Assembly: GCF_009914755.1 (NCBI RefSeq)
Contig: NC_060927.1
DNA length: 64,000 nucleotides
Origin: the human T2T-CHM13v2.0 reference genome, Homo sapiens
Reading direction: 5' to 3' (one strand)
Below are positions 51,386-64,000 of the stretch, piece after piece. Each line of letters opens with the position of its first letter. Positions within the stretch are counted from its first letter, which is position 1. The translations under genes were made by a program, and so were the position numbers. The notes beneath the pieces are model-generated. The model searched no databases. It saw nothing but the letters and a program-made list of their open reading frames with translations, and had not been told where the DNA came from.

Positions 51386-54229
51386 TCAACCAGCCAAAAA
51401 AATCACACCCACTTTATCAGAACTACTTGTGCAGTTAAATAAATAGCATGCTACTTCCAAAAGAAACAATTACTTCTATTTTTTAAACAAGGATGAAGCA
51501 TCCTACTTGTAATTCTCAATGATTTCCGCAGAGATCAAGTGAGGCTCCTTCTTTACTACAGCCAAATTTCCCACCACCAGATTCACAAGGCAGAAACTTG
51601 AGAGTTCAGTGAATAGTACCAGTTAACCTCAGAGGGCTGTTGTAGTTTCTCAGTAAGCTCCTGGAACAACCTAGACTGCATGGGACAAAATTTTCTTTTT
51701 GCAAATGATGTGTTTCATTTTTTTTAAAGGAAGAGCTATGAATAATAATGAGATTCATTGATTTCGAGAGATCAGAAACAGGTAAGTTTTGTAGCAGAGT
51801 CTAATGTGCCAATTTCAGTCCTTAGGCTGTCAATTAATCTACCCTTCCCAATTGGTCTGATGTTCATGATCCTATGGGGTATTTTTTAAAAGTAAGTAAA
51901 GTAAGTATTCTAAATAAAGAAGATTAAGGATGTTGCTGGCTTTTTCTATTTTTATATGTTCTGTTGGATGACCTTTTGAAATGCTCTAGACCAAAGTTCG
52001 TTGCTTTTGGCTTAAAGCAGCACAGTATGGTGGTTAGGAACACAGGCTGGGACAGGTGGAGGTTCCAATTCCAAATGTGACATTTACTATGTTCAGAGAT
52101 TTAAGTAACTTGTTCAAGGTCACACAAGTAGTAATTGACATGAAAGGGATCTCAACCAAGATAGTCTGACTCCTATGGGCTTAGTCAGTACCCTAAGCTG
52201 CCTCCCATTTACTGTTACTGTTCACCCATCACCACCACGACTGTCCTCCTCCTGCTCCTCCTCATCATCATCATCACTATCAGACAGCCATGTTATAGAT
52301 AACAATTAAAACTGTTATTAATGTATCCAGTCTTGAACACCAAAAAGCCACATTCAGCAAATGTCATCCAATAAACAGTCACCACATCCATTCATTTTTC
52401 TAATGCTATTCCAGTGAACTAGGGAAGAAAATGTCATAAAACTCATTTTACAGACTGGGGAACTGAGCTAAAAATGATTACGTCTCCTAGCTTCCCTCGG
52501 TGACTGAGAGGCTGAGACAGAACTGGTGACACTCGGCTCTGTTTGCCTGGCATTATCACTCATCTTAAAAATATTTAAGCTTCCCAAATGAAAATAGGTA
52601 GGACTGTTTCTAGCCGTCTGATCTACCTGGAGACAAACAAGGCCAAGCTGGCTTGCTAAGCACATTGGAATAAATAAAGTATTAAGACATGAGTGAGGGC
52701 CTATCATACAGAATTCCCATATTGCGTCTGCAGTCAGCATAATAACCGTGGCATTTCTTTTCGTTCTGCATTCAGCCTGGCTAATTCAGTGAAACCTTAA
52801 AAGTGACAAATGAATGTTGAAAAAGAGCTGGCACTTCTTCCAAGATTTGAGAAGATGCCAGAAGGACCCTAGGAAAGTGCAGTGACAGCTGGAATGGAGG
52901 AGGACAGAGTTTAAAAAGCAACTTACCACTTATTTTTTGTGTTTAATTTTTATATTAAGACCACAAAAATAACATGAGTTTGTACTGAAAGAAAAAAAAT
53001 AAGTTTTTTAATTGTACAGTTAATATTTCTAAATTAGCCAAAACCAGAACGACTGTCAAATGTGTCACCAAAGCCTATAATCCAGTCCCTATGGCATCAT
53101 TCATTGACAAATATTTTTATCCATTTCAAAACACATAAGGAAAAAGGAAAAAAGACTCTTAAAGCTTCTACCAGACCTTTAAACAGGCCCTAAAAAAATC
53201 CAGAGCTTTATAATATTTTCCTACTACTTTGTTACATGCACATTTGCCAAAATTTCCCTAAAACAAACCACTTAAAATTAATAAATTACCTGTCAAATCC
53301 CATAAAAACAGATGGTCACTTAGAGACAGGAGAAGATGCTAGCATTCTGTTTTACACAGATGTTCAGACTGGGAAAAGATCATTTCATTTTCCATAACAG
53401 ACAATGAACCTTGTCTAAGATTTCCAATATTATGCATAAAAATGAAAATATCATGCAGCTGCTTCTATGTTACACATCTGGTTACTGTTGAAGAAACATC
53501 TTTAATAGTAAAATGAAAATCATTATAATAAATAAGAACTAAAATTGGTCTTTGTTTTCTCTTAACAAGTATCATGCTACTTGTAACTCCTTTGCTATCA
53601 AAAAATTTTAAGTTGCTAAATGCTCCTAAATTGAGGTACTCTAATATGCTATTTAATGCAATCAAGAATTAATCAGTAAACTCCTATCCATAAGAAAGTA
53701 CACACAGCTGAATATCTGACACCCCAACTGTTTCTTCCTGTTACTCCTTTCAAGAAGGTGTTTTAGTAATTTTATCAGAAATCTAACACATGAAACAATA
53801 AGTCAACACAACATTAGTGTCACACATCCGAAATGAGATTTTGATTTGTTAGTCTCCAACACATTACTTACATTACTATAAATTGCATGAAGATGAAGAC
53901 ATTTGGCACCTAAGAATAGTTATGAAATACCCAACACCAAGAGCATGCCTGTATTTATGCTCAGAGCTCTCTTGGTTCTACATTTTTAGCAAAAGACATG
54001 AAACTTGATAGCTAAATATATGACCACTTTTTCACATTACTTGCCAGGAGCACCAATGTTTAAGTCTTCAAAATGTCTACAAAATATATTGGTGACATTC
54101 AACTACTCTAAGAGATGGGGTATGTACAGCAGGGGGATTCATTTAATATTGGCAAAATGATTACAATTTGGACAGGCTACTTTGGGTTAACTGTTAAGTA
54201 CTGAATTTGATCAGAAGTTTTCCTAACAA

Positions 54230-54730
54230 TCCCTTGTTTAAAATATCCAGTGGATTTCACTGGAACAAAATCCAAGCCCCTTACAGGGTCTACAAGGCTC
54301 TGGTGACCTCTAAGACCCTGCCCATCCCTCTAACCCCATCTCCTTCCACTCCCTGATGCCATGCCTCCATGATCATCTTTCTGTCCCTTGAAGTCACCAA
54401 GTACCTGGCCATCACCTATGTGATCCACCCCCTTGGAATGCCCTTCCCTTAGATCTTCTTGCAGCTGTTGAGCATTCACATCTTGCATCACAATGTCATT
54501 TCCACAGGGAAGACTTCTCCGACCCTTGGTCCCACCCTTATTTTTCCATTACTATCTCACTACCCTCTTTTATATTATTCATAGCATTGCTAACTTGAGA
54601 ACATTATATTGTAAGTCTTTACATGGTTTTCTGTCTTCTCTCACTAGAATTCGAAGCCGCTCCCAAGAGATGCCTTACTCCAGTTATATCTCCAGCACCA
54701 AGTACCTGTACATAATACCTGCTAAATGAA
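54230..54730 (-). mobile_element. L2 fragment
   Basis: aaaatccaagcccctta...cttggaatgcccttccc...tcactagaat L2 motifs. Confidence 0.65.
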
Positions 54731-55667
54731 GGAACAAACTGCTTTTCATTAAACTGACTAATAATGTGATTGAAGTGGCCAAACAATCCAATGGAATCCA
54801 ACTTGTATCTTGGATACCCCACTACTGGCCTCATAATTAGACTTAACCATGGAATGAGGTGATAAGTCCTCAAGGCCTAAGGGATTGTCCAGAGCCTATA
54901 TATCCCCTGCCATGCACATTCCCCAGAAGTCTACCAAAATGGCCCATTGTGGGCCTCTTTTCAAGATGGGGCCTTCCAAGGGAAGCATCTGCTGTCCTCT
55001 AATTATACTCCTATGCTCAAGGGGTGGCTGTGTGCAGGAGAGGTGGATGGACCTGAACACACATACTCATGAGGCACCTCACAACGCACAGTGAAGCTGG
55101 GGGCGGAAAGAGGAACCACAGGCTAGGGGGAGGTAATCCCTAATCCCTGTGCTACATGTTCCTGCACTAAACTCCACAAAGTCCGGGAATGCAAAATGGA
55201 AGCCAGGCCTTACAGGTCACTCTGAAGGTATGTTTGTCAGGGCAAGACATTTTATTCAATTTGGGATATACTTTAGTCTACTTGATACAGCATTACCTTG
55301 ATTTATATATGCATTTATGAAATTTTATATTTTGAACATATGGTGTATGGGCCTCTATTTGTCCTTCTGCCTCTGGTCCTATAAATGTTAGGGATGGGGC
55401 CTAACTGCTACTCTGAGAACTTGATCAAGTACCTCAGTTCACTGAGTCTGTTTCCTCATTTCAGAAAGAGAAATAATTCCTGTCCTGTCAACACCTTATA
55501 TTATGTGAAGAACAATACATACAAATAAAAAACATAATTTTAAAAAATTTCTATTATGTTCTTTCCCACATACCTCCCTGTGTATTCCAGCAAGTGAGAA
55601 TGATGATAATTTCCATCACCAATTCCAAGGCAACTGTGGCTTTTGAGAAACTTTTGAACTAGACAGG

Positions 55668-56090
55668 TGATATGGTTTTGGTGTCTGTCCCCTCCAAATC
55701 TCATGTTGAACTGTAATTCCCAATGTTGGAGGTGGGAGCTGGTGGGAGGTGTTTGGGTCATGGGGGAAGATCCCTCATGAATGGCTTGATGCCCTCCTTG
55801 CAGACGTGAGTGAGTTCTCACTCTGAGTTCATGTGAGATCTGGTGTTTAAAAGACTATGGCACCTCCCACCTCCCACTCGTGCTCCCTCTCTCACCATGT
55901 GACATGCCTACTCCTGCTTTGCCTTCTGCCATGATATTAACTTCCTCGAGGCCTTCCCAGAAGCCGAGCAGATGCTGATACCATGCCTCTTGTACAGCCT
56001 GCAGAACCATGAGCCAATTAAACCTCTTTTCTGTATAAATTACCCAGCCTCAGCTATTTCTTTAAAACAACATAAGAACAGACTAACACA
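55668..56090 (+). mobile_element. MSTB-like solo LTR
   Basis: Complete LTR; perfect TSD ACAGG at 55663-55667 and 56091-56095. Confidence 0.93.
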
Positions 56091-56704
56091 ACAGGGTTTG
56101 GCTTTTCACCGCCTTTTCTTTTAGTGTTAAGTACTCTTTACATTTCTTCTCCATTCTACAAAGTTTCACATCTTTCCAGAAGGAAAAGATGTCCAACTGT
56201 CTAAGACTTTGGACATTAAGAGAGAGAGTTCTTTAACAAAAATTTCTAAAGTAAAAATTAAAAAAAAACCTTTTCTAATTATTTACAGTTGTAGAGAGGT
56301 GCCAACTAAAAAATATCTCATCTCCTATTTAGTCTATTGAATACTGACATGTTTTCCAGGAAAAGTACATAATATACACTAATGCTGTGCATTTATTGAT
56401 CTCTAATCGGTTGCTGGAATGAACTGAACAAGAAATATACCCCTGGGGCTGTTTTAGATCTCTCTGGCTGTCTGTCTAGAAGCCTTTCCTACCATTCCAG
56501 AGAAAGGATGGTCTCAGAGATTTAATAAATCAAGAGCACAAACAGCGCATACAAGGAAGCTAGGACAAACAAAGAGAAATGCAAAATGAGCTGGCAGGTG
56601 GGTTAGGGTATAGCAGTAGATGAAACAGACTCTGCAGGGCAAGGGAAAACAGAATGAGTTTTCAATGGACTGAGATTGAAAAAGTCAAAACCCCTTTTCA
56701 CAAC

Positions 56705-57058
56705 TGATATGGTTTTGCTGTGCCCCCATCCAAATCTCACCTTGAATTGTATTTCCCAGAATTTTCACGTGTTGTGGGAGGGACCCAGGAGAGGTAATTG
56801 AATCATGGGGGCCAGTCTTTCCCCTGCTATTCTCATTATAGTGAATAAGTCTCACAAGATCTGATGGGTTTATCAGGGGGTTCTGCTTTTGCTTCTTCCT
56901 CATTTTTCTCTTGCTGCCACCATGTAAGAAGTGCCTTTCACCTCCAGCCATGTTTCTGAGACCTCCCCAGCCATGTGGAACTGTAAGTCCAATTAAATCT
57001 TTTTTTCTTCCCAGTCTCGGGTATGTCTTCATCAGCAGCATAAAAACGGACTAATACA
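56705..57058 (+). mobile_element. THE1A-like solo LTR
   Basis: tgatatggtt...ggactaataca; TSD ACAAC/ACAAT. Confidence 0.92.
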
Positions 57059-57289
57059 ACAATACGTTAGATCTATCACATGGAGTACACTAGTCACTGT
57101 GGAAAAATCATAAACTGCCTAAAACTAAATAATAGAAATCTATATCACATTCCCCTTTAGAGTTCATCATATCAGAACTTTCCAATTTTCTATGTAATTA
57201 AATAGTTCTACCTTGTCTCTCAAGTCTACAAATCAAATAAATGCAGCAGGAAACCTACCTGTAAATAATAACAGCAATAATAATAAAGG

Positions 57290-57510
57290 AGTTAACATTT
57301 ATTGTCTTTTGTATTGATTGATTTCCATACACTGATCTGAGTTATCGCTATTAATTTAATGAGGACTCAGCAACAATCTGATTCAAGAAATATGATTAGT
57401 TCCTTTCATAGATGGGGAAACTTAAGACACAGGAAAGTTAAGAAGCTTGCCCAAGATCTCATGTGGGAAAATTAGAAGAAAAGTATTTAGAACCCAGAAG
57501 GTCTGGCTTT
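57290..57510 (-). mobile_element. MIR
   Basis: atagatggggaaactt...agttaagaagcttgcccaagatc. Confidence 0.65.
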
Positions 57511-58516
57511 ATAGAGGCAGCCAAATGGTTCAGAGTGTAAGGCACAGAGTGAAGAACTGCCAGGAACTTGACACTTGATCAGCCAGCCCTTCAACAAATC
57601 TGTGTTCATCATTATCACATTCAAGGGTGCAAGGAAAAACAAACAACACAAATAAAGCTAATGTGAATCCAGGCCTGGAAACTCACTATCCTAGCAGAGA
57701 AGGAAGAAGATCTTATTGATAAGACCTTATGGAGCAACTTCAAATACAATCTCTCATATGATATCTCTTCACAATGTCCCTGAATTGCTATTCCCAGTTC
57801 ATAGAGAAAGAAACAGAGACCAAATATGCCGAGCAAGTTATTCAAGATTACAAAAGTATTCAGTGGCATTCCCCACATATGAACAGGTGTTAATTCAATA
57901 TTAATTCAACCAGCATCCCCAAATAGTCTGGGGAATAGGTCCTCCTTGTTATTCAAGACATCAACTCAACAAGTGGGAAAAGACATTGGTAATATCTAAT
58001 CGTAAGCATATGTAACTCTCACATCCTCCAAAAAAAAAAAAAAAAAACAACAAAAAAAAACTGAATATCAAAGCCACAGCTCAAATCCAGACCTTCTAAA
58101 TCCTATTCAAATATTGTTTCTACCACACCAGGTACACTGTCACCTCACGATACTGTATAGAAAAACCCACAATGTAATTATAAACTGTAAATCCTGATGG
58201 GTTAGGCCTTGACAAATCAAAATGAAGAAAATACACTCATTTCCCAATGTCCATGGCTTCCTTGCTTACTATAGAAGCAAACCACTATGGTGAGCCTAGG
58301 TAGCCAATGAAGGCTATTAGGAAAATGACCTTTGTTAGTGACAACCATTCTTCTGATACAATTTGTGTACATTACTATAGGTCCAGGTGGATATACGTCA
58401 ACCTCCACATTTATTCCATCGATTTCTTTAACATGGTTTTAAAGATAGATACCACATTACATGTCTATAATATATAATGTATTTGCAAATAGTGGCTTGT
58501 TATTATATTCTCGCAA

Positions 58517-58773
58517 TAATAACTAAAAGTTGTTATTCTACCCTATAGGATATTTGCATATTCAATTGGTCTAACACATATAGCACATTCAATTGTGTAT
58601 CCAGCAAATAGCATATTTAATTGGTCTAACACATCCCCAATGCCTAACAACTAAAAGTTGTTATCCTACCCTATAGAATATTTGCATATTCAATTGGTCT
58701 AACACATATAACACATTCAATTGTATATCCAGCAAATAGCATATTCAATCGGTCTAACACATCCCCAATGCCT
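58517..58773. repeat. 128-bp tandem duplication with internal sub-repeats
   Basis: aactaaaagttgttat starts at 58521 and 58649; gcatatt(c/t)aat(t/c)ggtctaacacat occurs four times. Confidence 0.93.
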
Positions 58774-58978
58774 TTCTTCAACTACCCCATCCCAAACATC
58801 AACAAGTCCCGAGCTGTCCATCCAAAACACATCTCAAAGACATCAGCTCCACCACATCTCCCGTGTAAACCTCTCATTCACACCACCATCTTCTCTCACT
58901 TGGAAGACCATAATGACAGCTGATCTCTTTCTCACTTCTCCTGCAGCCCCATTAATCTATTTACCACAGGACAGTCCA

Positions 58979-59091
58979 CAGGGTGACCGACTCATCCTGG
59001 TTTGCCTTAGGCTTTCTCAGCTTTAGCACTGAAAGTCCCATGTTCAGGGAACTCCTCATTTTTGAGCAATCAAGAGCAGTTGGTCACCCCC
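58979..59091. mobile_element. MER81-like hAT-Blackjack MITE
   Basis: agggtgacc...ggtcaccc terminal inverted repeats; ttagcactgaaagtccc core. Confidence 0.8.
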
Positions 59092-59133
59092 GACTATGGT
59101 GAACTTTTTATAAGATAGATAAGATCAGGTCAT

Positions 59134-59541
59134 TGCAGAAATCACTAGCCCCAATTCCTCATCTCTCCCTGGATCCATGCCATTTTCCAAGTGACTATGC
59201 AGTTCTTCCCACTAGAGGCCCTGACCCCTTGTCTTTGGATTCCAACAATGGGATATTAGCAGATGTGATGCAACAAGGAGCTTGAAACATACTTGCAGTT
59301 GGGCTTGCTCTCTTGCATTCCAGCCACTTCCTTGTGAAAACTATACCCACACCTAGCCCACAAGTCCGAGGAGGATGAGAGGCACGTGGTACAGGCCTGG
59401 ACCCAACCTGCAGTTTGCAGCCAAGCCCAGAGAGGGCCACCTCAACCCACTAATATGCAGACACTTGAGCAAGAACAAATGACTCCCTGAGTTTGGGGAT
59501 GGTTTGTTACCTAGCGTTGTTGAGGCAATACCTAACTGACA
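59134..59541 (+). mobile_element. MLT1H/I/J-like LTR
   Basis: tgcagttcttcccactagagg...gagtttggggatggtttgttac...ctaactgaca. Confidence 0.7.
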
Positions 59542-59549
59542 TGGATTTC

Positions 59550-59950
59550 ATCCAAATCTTTTGGTAGCTTCCCATTTCACTTAGAATAAAATCAAATATA
59601 CTTAGCTGAGCACAAAGCCTTATATGATCTGGGCTCCAACCCATTTGCCAGACCTCACCATACTATCCTTTTCTAAACTTCATTCTCACCGATCCCCTTT
59701 CTGTTTATCAAATTGATAAAGCTGTTTCTAGTTCAGGATCTCGGCCTCTCCTGTCACCTGTGCTTGAAACACTTTCATCCCAGTTCTCATGACTGGCTCG
59801 TGTTCATCCTCACAGGTCAGCTTAAAAATCACCTCCTCAGAGAAGCCTTCCTTGACTATCCTATAACATGAAATCTGTGTATTTCTGTCACAGTATTTCT
59901 CACAATCTGTCAATTATTTGCTAATTTGTTTGCTTATACTCTGCATCCTC
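59550..59950 (-). mobile_element. L2 fragment
   Basis: cttagaataaaatcaaa...cacctcctcagagaagccttcc. Confidence 0.65.
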
Positions 59951-62900
59951 ACCAAGCTCAAATATTCAAACTATTTTCTGCATATGTTAGTGGATACCAA
60001 TTGAATGGTACCCAAAAGCTCAGAAAATCCCTTAGCCTGGTACCTTCTGGTGTGATGGGTAAAAGATTTTTATTATTGAAAACAGAAAGTGAAAATCAGT
60101 AAGATAGTAAAGCTATAGATGACTTTTAGCAATCATTGATATTGTTTTAAATTAAAAGTTCAAAAGGGGTTTGATTTTTTAAGAGTTAGCTGGACATAAC
60201 TTTTTTAAAACCAGAAAGAATTACACCAGATTTTTAGTTGTATCAGTCTTTCCAAATGAAATAATACCTCAAGATCAGACTCCAATAACGATACCCCCTC
60301 CCCACCAAAAAAACTACTTTGCTTAAGTCAAAGGAAGCTGAACAAATAAAAATTTGTTTGGTGTGGTATGAAATTACAAGCCTTTAGTGACAGGAGTAAA
60401 AACGGAAGCAATGAAAGTATCATTCTCTATCATTAGTTATACTTCCATACTACTGGTCATGTGGAAAATTTTAGCTATTCACTTCTTGGCAGGGACTTCG
60501 ATGTTCACAAAAGACCCCTTTAAACTCCAAACACTGTGAAGTTAAAAGGCAGTGAATCGTGAAAGTAGGTGTGTTTCTATATTGAGAATACCTGTGTAAT
60601 GTGAAACACAACAGACCAGTTCCTTGTTCAGCTAAAGGGGGCTGCTTGCAGTATTAAAGACAGAGGTGAGGAGGCACCAGGGCTTCTGAGAGTTTTGACT
60701 AATAAAATCACCCCAAGAAGGGAAGACACAGAACGTCAGCCAGGCCTCAAGCAGGAAAGGAGTGCCAGGGTGGGAGTCTGCCCAGTATAGGGAGTTTTGA
60801 ATTGACCTTTGGGAGAAAGAGGGTGTGAAGAGATGGCTCTGCGTCCTAAGCGAAGGTAAGCAACCTCATGAACATGGCTCTGGACGCTGGAGGCCCTGGT
60901 CCCTGGACTTTGGGCTTGGAAGCAAAGGCCACTGACTGTTTCTCTATCACTCTGAGAAGCTCCATTGTGCCTGGGCCTCTTAGATGATTATTTTATAAAC
61001 TATGGATTAGGACAATGGCATATCTCAGGAAGGGCACATGAGGATTCAGTGAGATAAAGCAGGATAAACACTTAACAGTGTTTATTACAGATACACTGAG
61101 TTTTCAAAACATTTCAGCCATTGTATTTTCTACCACCTAGCACACACACCAGATCAATATTTGATGAGAGCATAAGTAAATGAAAGTCTAAGGTTTTGTT
61201 GAAATGTGCTCTTTGTCTTGAAAAGGAAAAGAATTGCATAAAGGTAAAACAAGATGAATGTGTCTCCTAAGACATCAGGATGGCAGATCTGAACATTCTA
61301 GTCATGAGAAAATCATTCCATTTTGTAAATGTGCCATTGGCATTCTGGTGTATACATCATTCTCACAGGCTTGGTTGATGAACATCCAACCTCCTTAGTT
61401 TGATGAACTCTGGGTGGGTACCCACAAGTTTCCTGACCTAAAAGGCAAGGAGTGGTTTGGTTTATTTAAAGTAGTATCCCTTGACGGGTTGTCTATAGGA
61501 TCTATCTCAGAAAGCAGCCTTCTACACTTCCATCGGAAAACACCTCTCTCTTCCCCTCAACACAAGTAACTAGCTTTACATACAAACAGTAAGATGATCA
61601 CAGTTATTACTTCTCTGTTTAAAGCTAGAATTGCCAACTTCCTGCCAATCATTTTGAAAGATAATTTTCATGAGAGCCAGGAGAAAGAAAGAAAGTTAAG
61701 GACAAGGTTTCTATTCTGGGTCAGAAAAAAACTCTGTTTGTTAAATGTATTATATTTAATAATGAGTCAGAAAGGGAAAGTAGTTTTTGCCTCTTCCAAG
61801 AAGGCTTCCCTGACCACCCAGCATTTACAGTGGAATAGGCATCCCTTTTCCCTGCGTGCCATGACATCTGGGCACACCTTCACTACTCCTGTATCCCTAT
61901 GAGTTTACACATCTGTCTCTCTACCAAGCAGTGAACGTCTTGGAAGCACCAACTATTTGTAGTCATCCTTGTGCCCAACCAACCTCAGTACCTGATTATT
62001 TCAGGTACTCAATAACTGTTAAATGAATTAACGTCCCATTGAAAAGAGGTTACTTAAATCACAGGGGGTTTTGAGCCCTCTCATGGTTTCCTTATAGTCC
62101 CCTCACTTATAACACACACAACACTGGCAAGGATGGAGAGCTACTGTCTAATACTGAGCAATACTGATGTTTTTTCCAGAAGTAGGGGAGGCAGTGACAA
62201 AAATGGCACTGAGATAAGCATATTTGGGACACCTTTAAACTGAAATGAGCACATATCCAAAGATCCTATAACTGAAAGTAGAGCTCATCAATGTAAACAG
62301 AACAAAAAGCCACTATGGACCAGGGACTTTTGTTAACATGACCTGCCAGGGATCAGAGAGAACCCACAGAAGGTGAAGCTGTCTTTGTCTAAGGAGATTC
62401 ATTCCTGGTAATACCAGACCTAACCATCCCCACATTTCAACTAAGGCTGTTCTGTGGCATCAGACAGGAGGATCAGCCTGAAGAGAACCCTGGACATAAG
62501 GCTGGCAACAGGCAAAGACACCGAGTTGATGTGTCCCTTCTTAATTTCCCAACTTCCCACCATTGCCCACAGGGCTGCTGCTTCCTTAGTTTTACCTTCT
62601 CCCTTAAACAAAGCTTACAATCATGACCCAATGACATTAGAGAAAGTCACTGGGTATGTATACACCAGAAGTCCTGCTTGGCAACTTTTAGCCTAGATGG
62701 AGGGTTCCTGGATGTCTTTGTTCTCTTATTAACTCTTCCATTCAGTAATCACTTATGGAATTCACACTACAGTCCAGGTACCAGGAATGCAAAGATGAAT
62801 GGGAAAGTTTTAGCCCTGGAACAAATCCAGCCTCGTCCTCCCTATCTATTTCTGTACCCCACTCCCAGTAGTCATCCCAAACTGTCTGGAAGGCCCTTTC

Positions 62901-62968
62901 TTCTCTTGTTCATCCTTCATTTAAAAGCTGCAAGAATTGATGGAATAATATTTAAAGCTCTCATCTTT

Positions 62969-63695
<727 letters not shown>

Positions 63696-64000
63696 TAAAT
63701 GGAGACAACTTTGAGAGTAAAAGGGATTTGCAGTTAATAATAGTTCTGGAATAACAGATGTATCCAAGTCTGTCCCAGGCAAACCAATAGGGATGATCAC
63801 CTACACCGAAGAGACAGAAATTCTAAGCTTAAATGCCAGATGAATCTTGAAACCTGTCCAGATTTACAGAAACACCTATACTTTATTTTGTATATGAAAA
63901 GTATCGTGTGAAAGGTCACCTCACAACTATGTTGTAAGGAATATGTTTCCTCTTTCTGGGTACAGAGGCAACAGGTTAAATTACAACCCCTGCATCACCC

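Noticed and set aside
54880-55405. Possible hAT-Tip100 (MER45-like) relic
   Set aside because: Only the right end looked familiar; boundaries and family could not be supported
58517-58773. CRISPR-like repeat-spacer pattern
   Set aside because: The spacers are themselves duplicated, the context is eukaryotic and there are no cas genes; it is a tandem duplication

Overview
Primate (very probably human) non-coding genomic DNA. Roughly half of it is recognisable interspersed repeat: about 14 Alus, a twin-primed L1PA7-like element, older L1M/L2/MIR fragments, many MaLR/ERV solo LTRs and hAT DNA-transposon relics. I found no CpG island, RNA gene, CRISPR array or recognisable host coding exon. The only ORFs with real homology are decayed L1 ORF1/ORF2; the rest look like Alu/LTR translations or chance frames. 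An A-rich + strand and the best splice signals suggest a long intron of a minus-strand gene that I cannot name. Three groups of observations stand out. (i) Minus-strand candidate splicing elements: a terminal exon with four AATAAA, a 57-nt stop-containing exon followed by TACTAAC, a 9-nt microexon or first-exon candidate, and AG|GT ratchet-like sites. (ii) Several locally templated insertions and fold-backs written into repeats. (iii) A tail-to-tail Alu pair sharing a triplicated target site. I do not see a convincing new biological system. Repeat subfamily calls come from remembered consensus sequences, and boundaries without a TSD are approximate.
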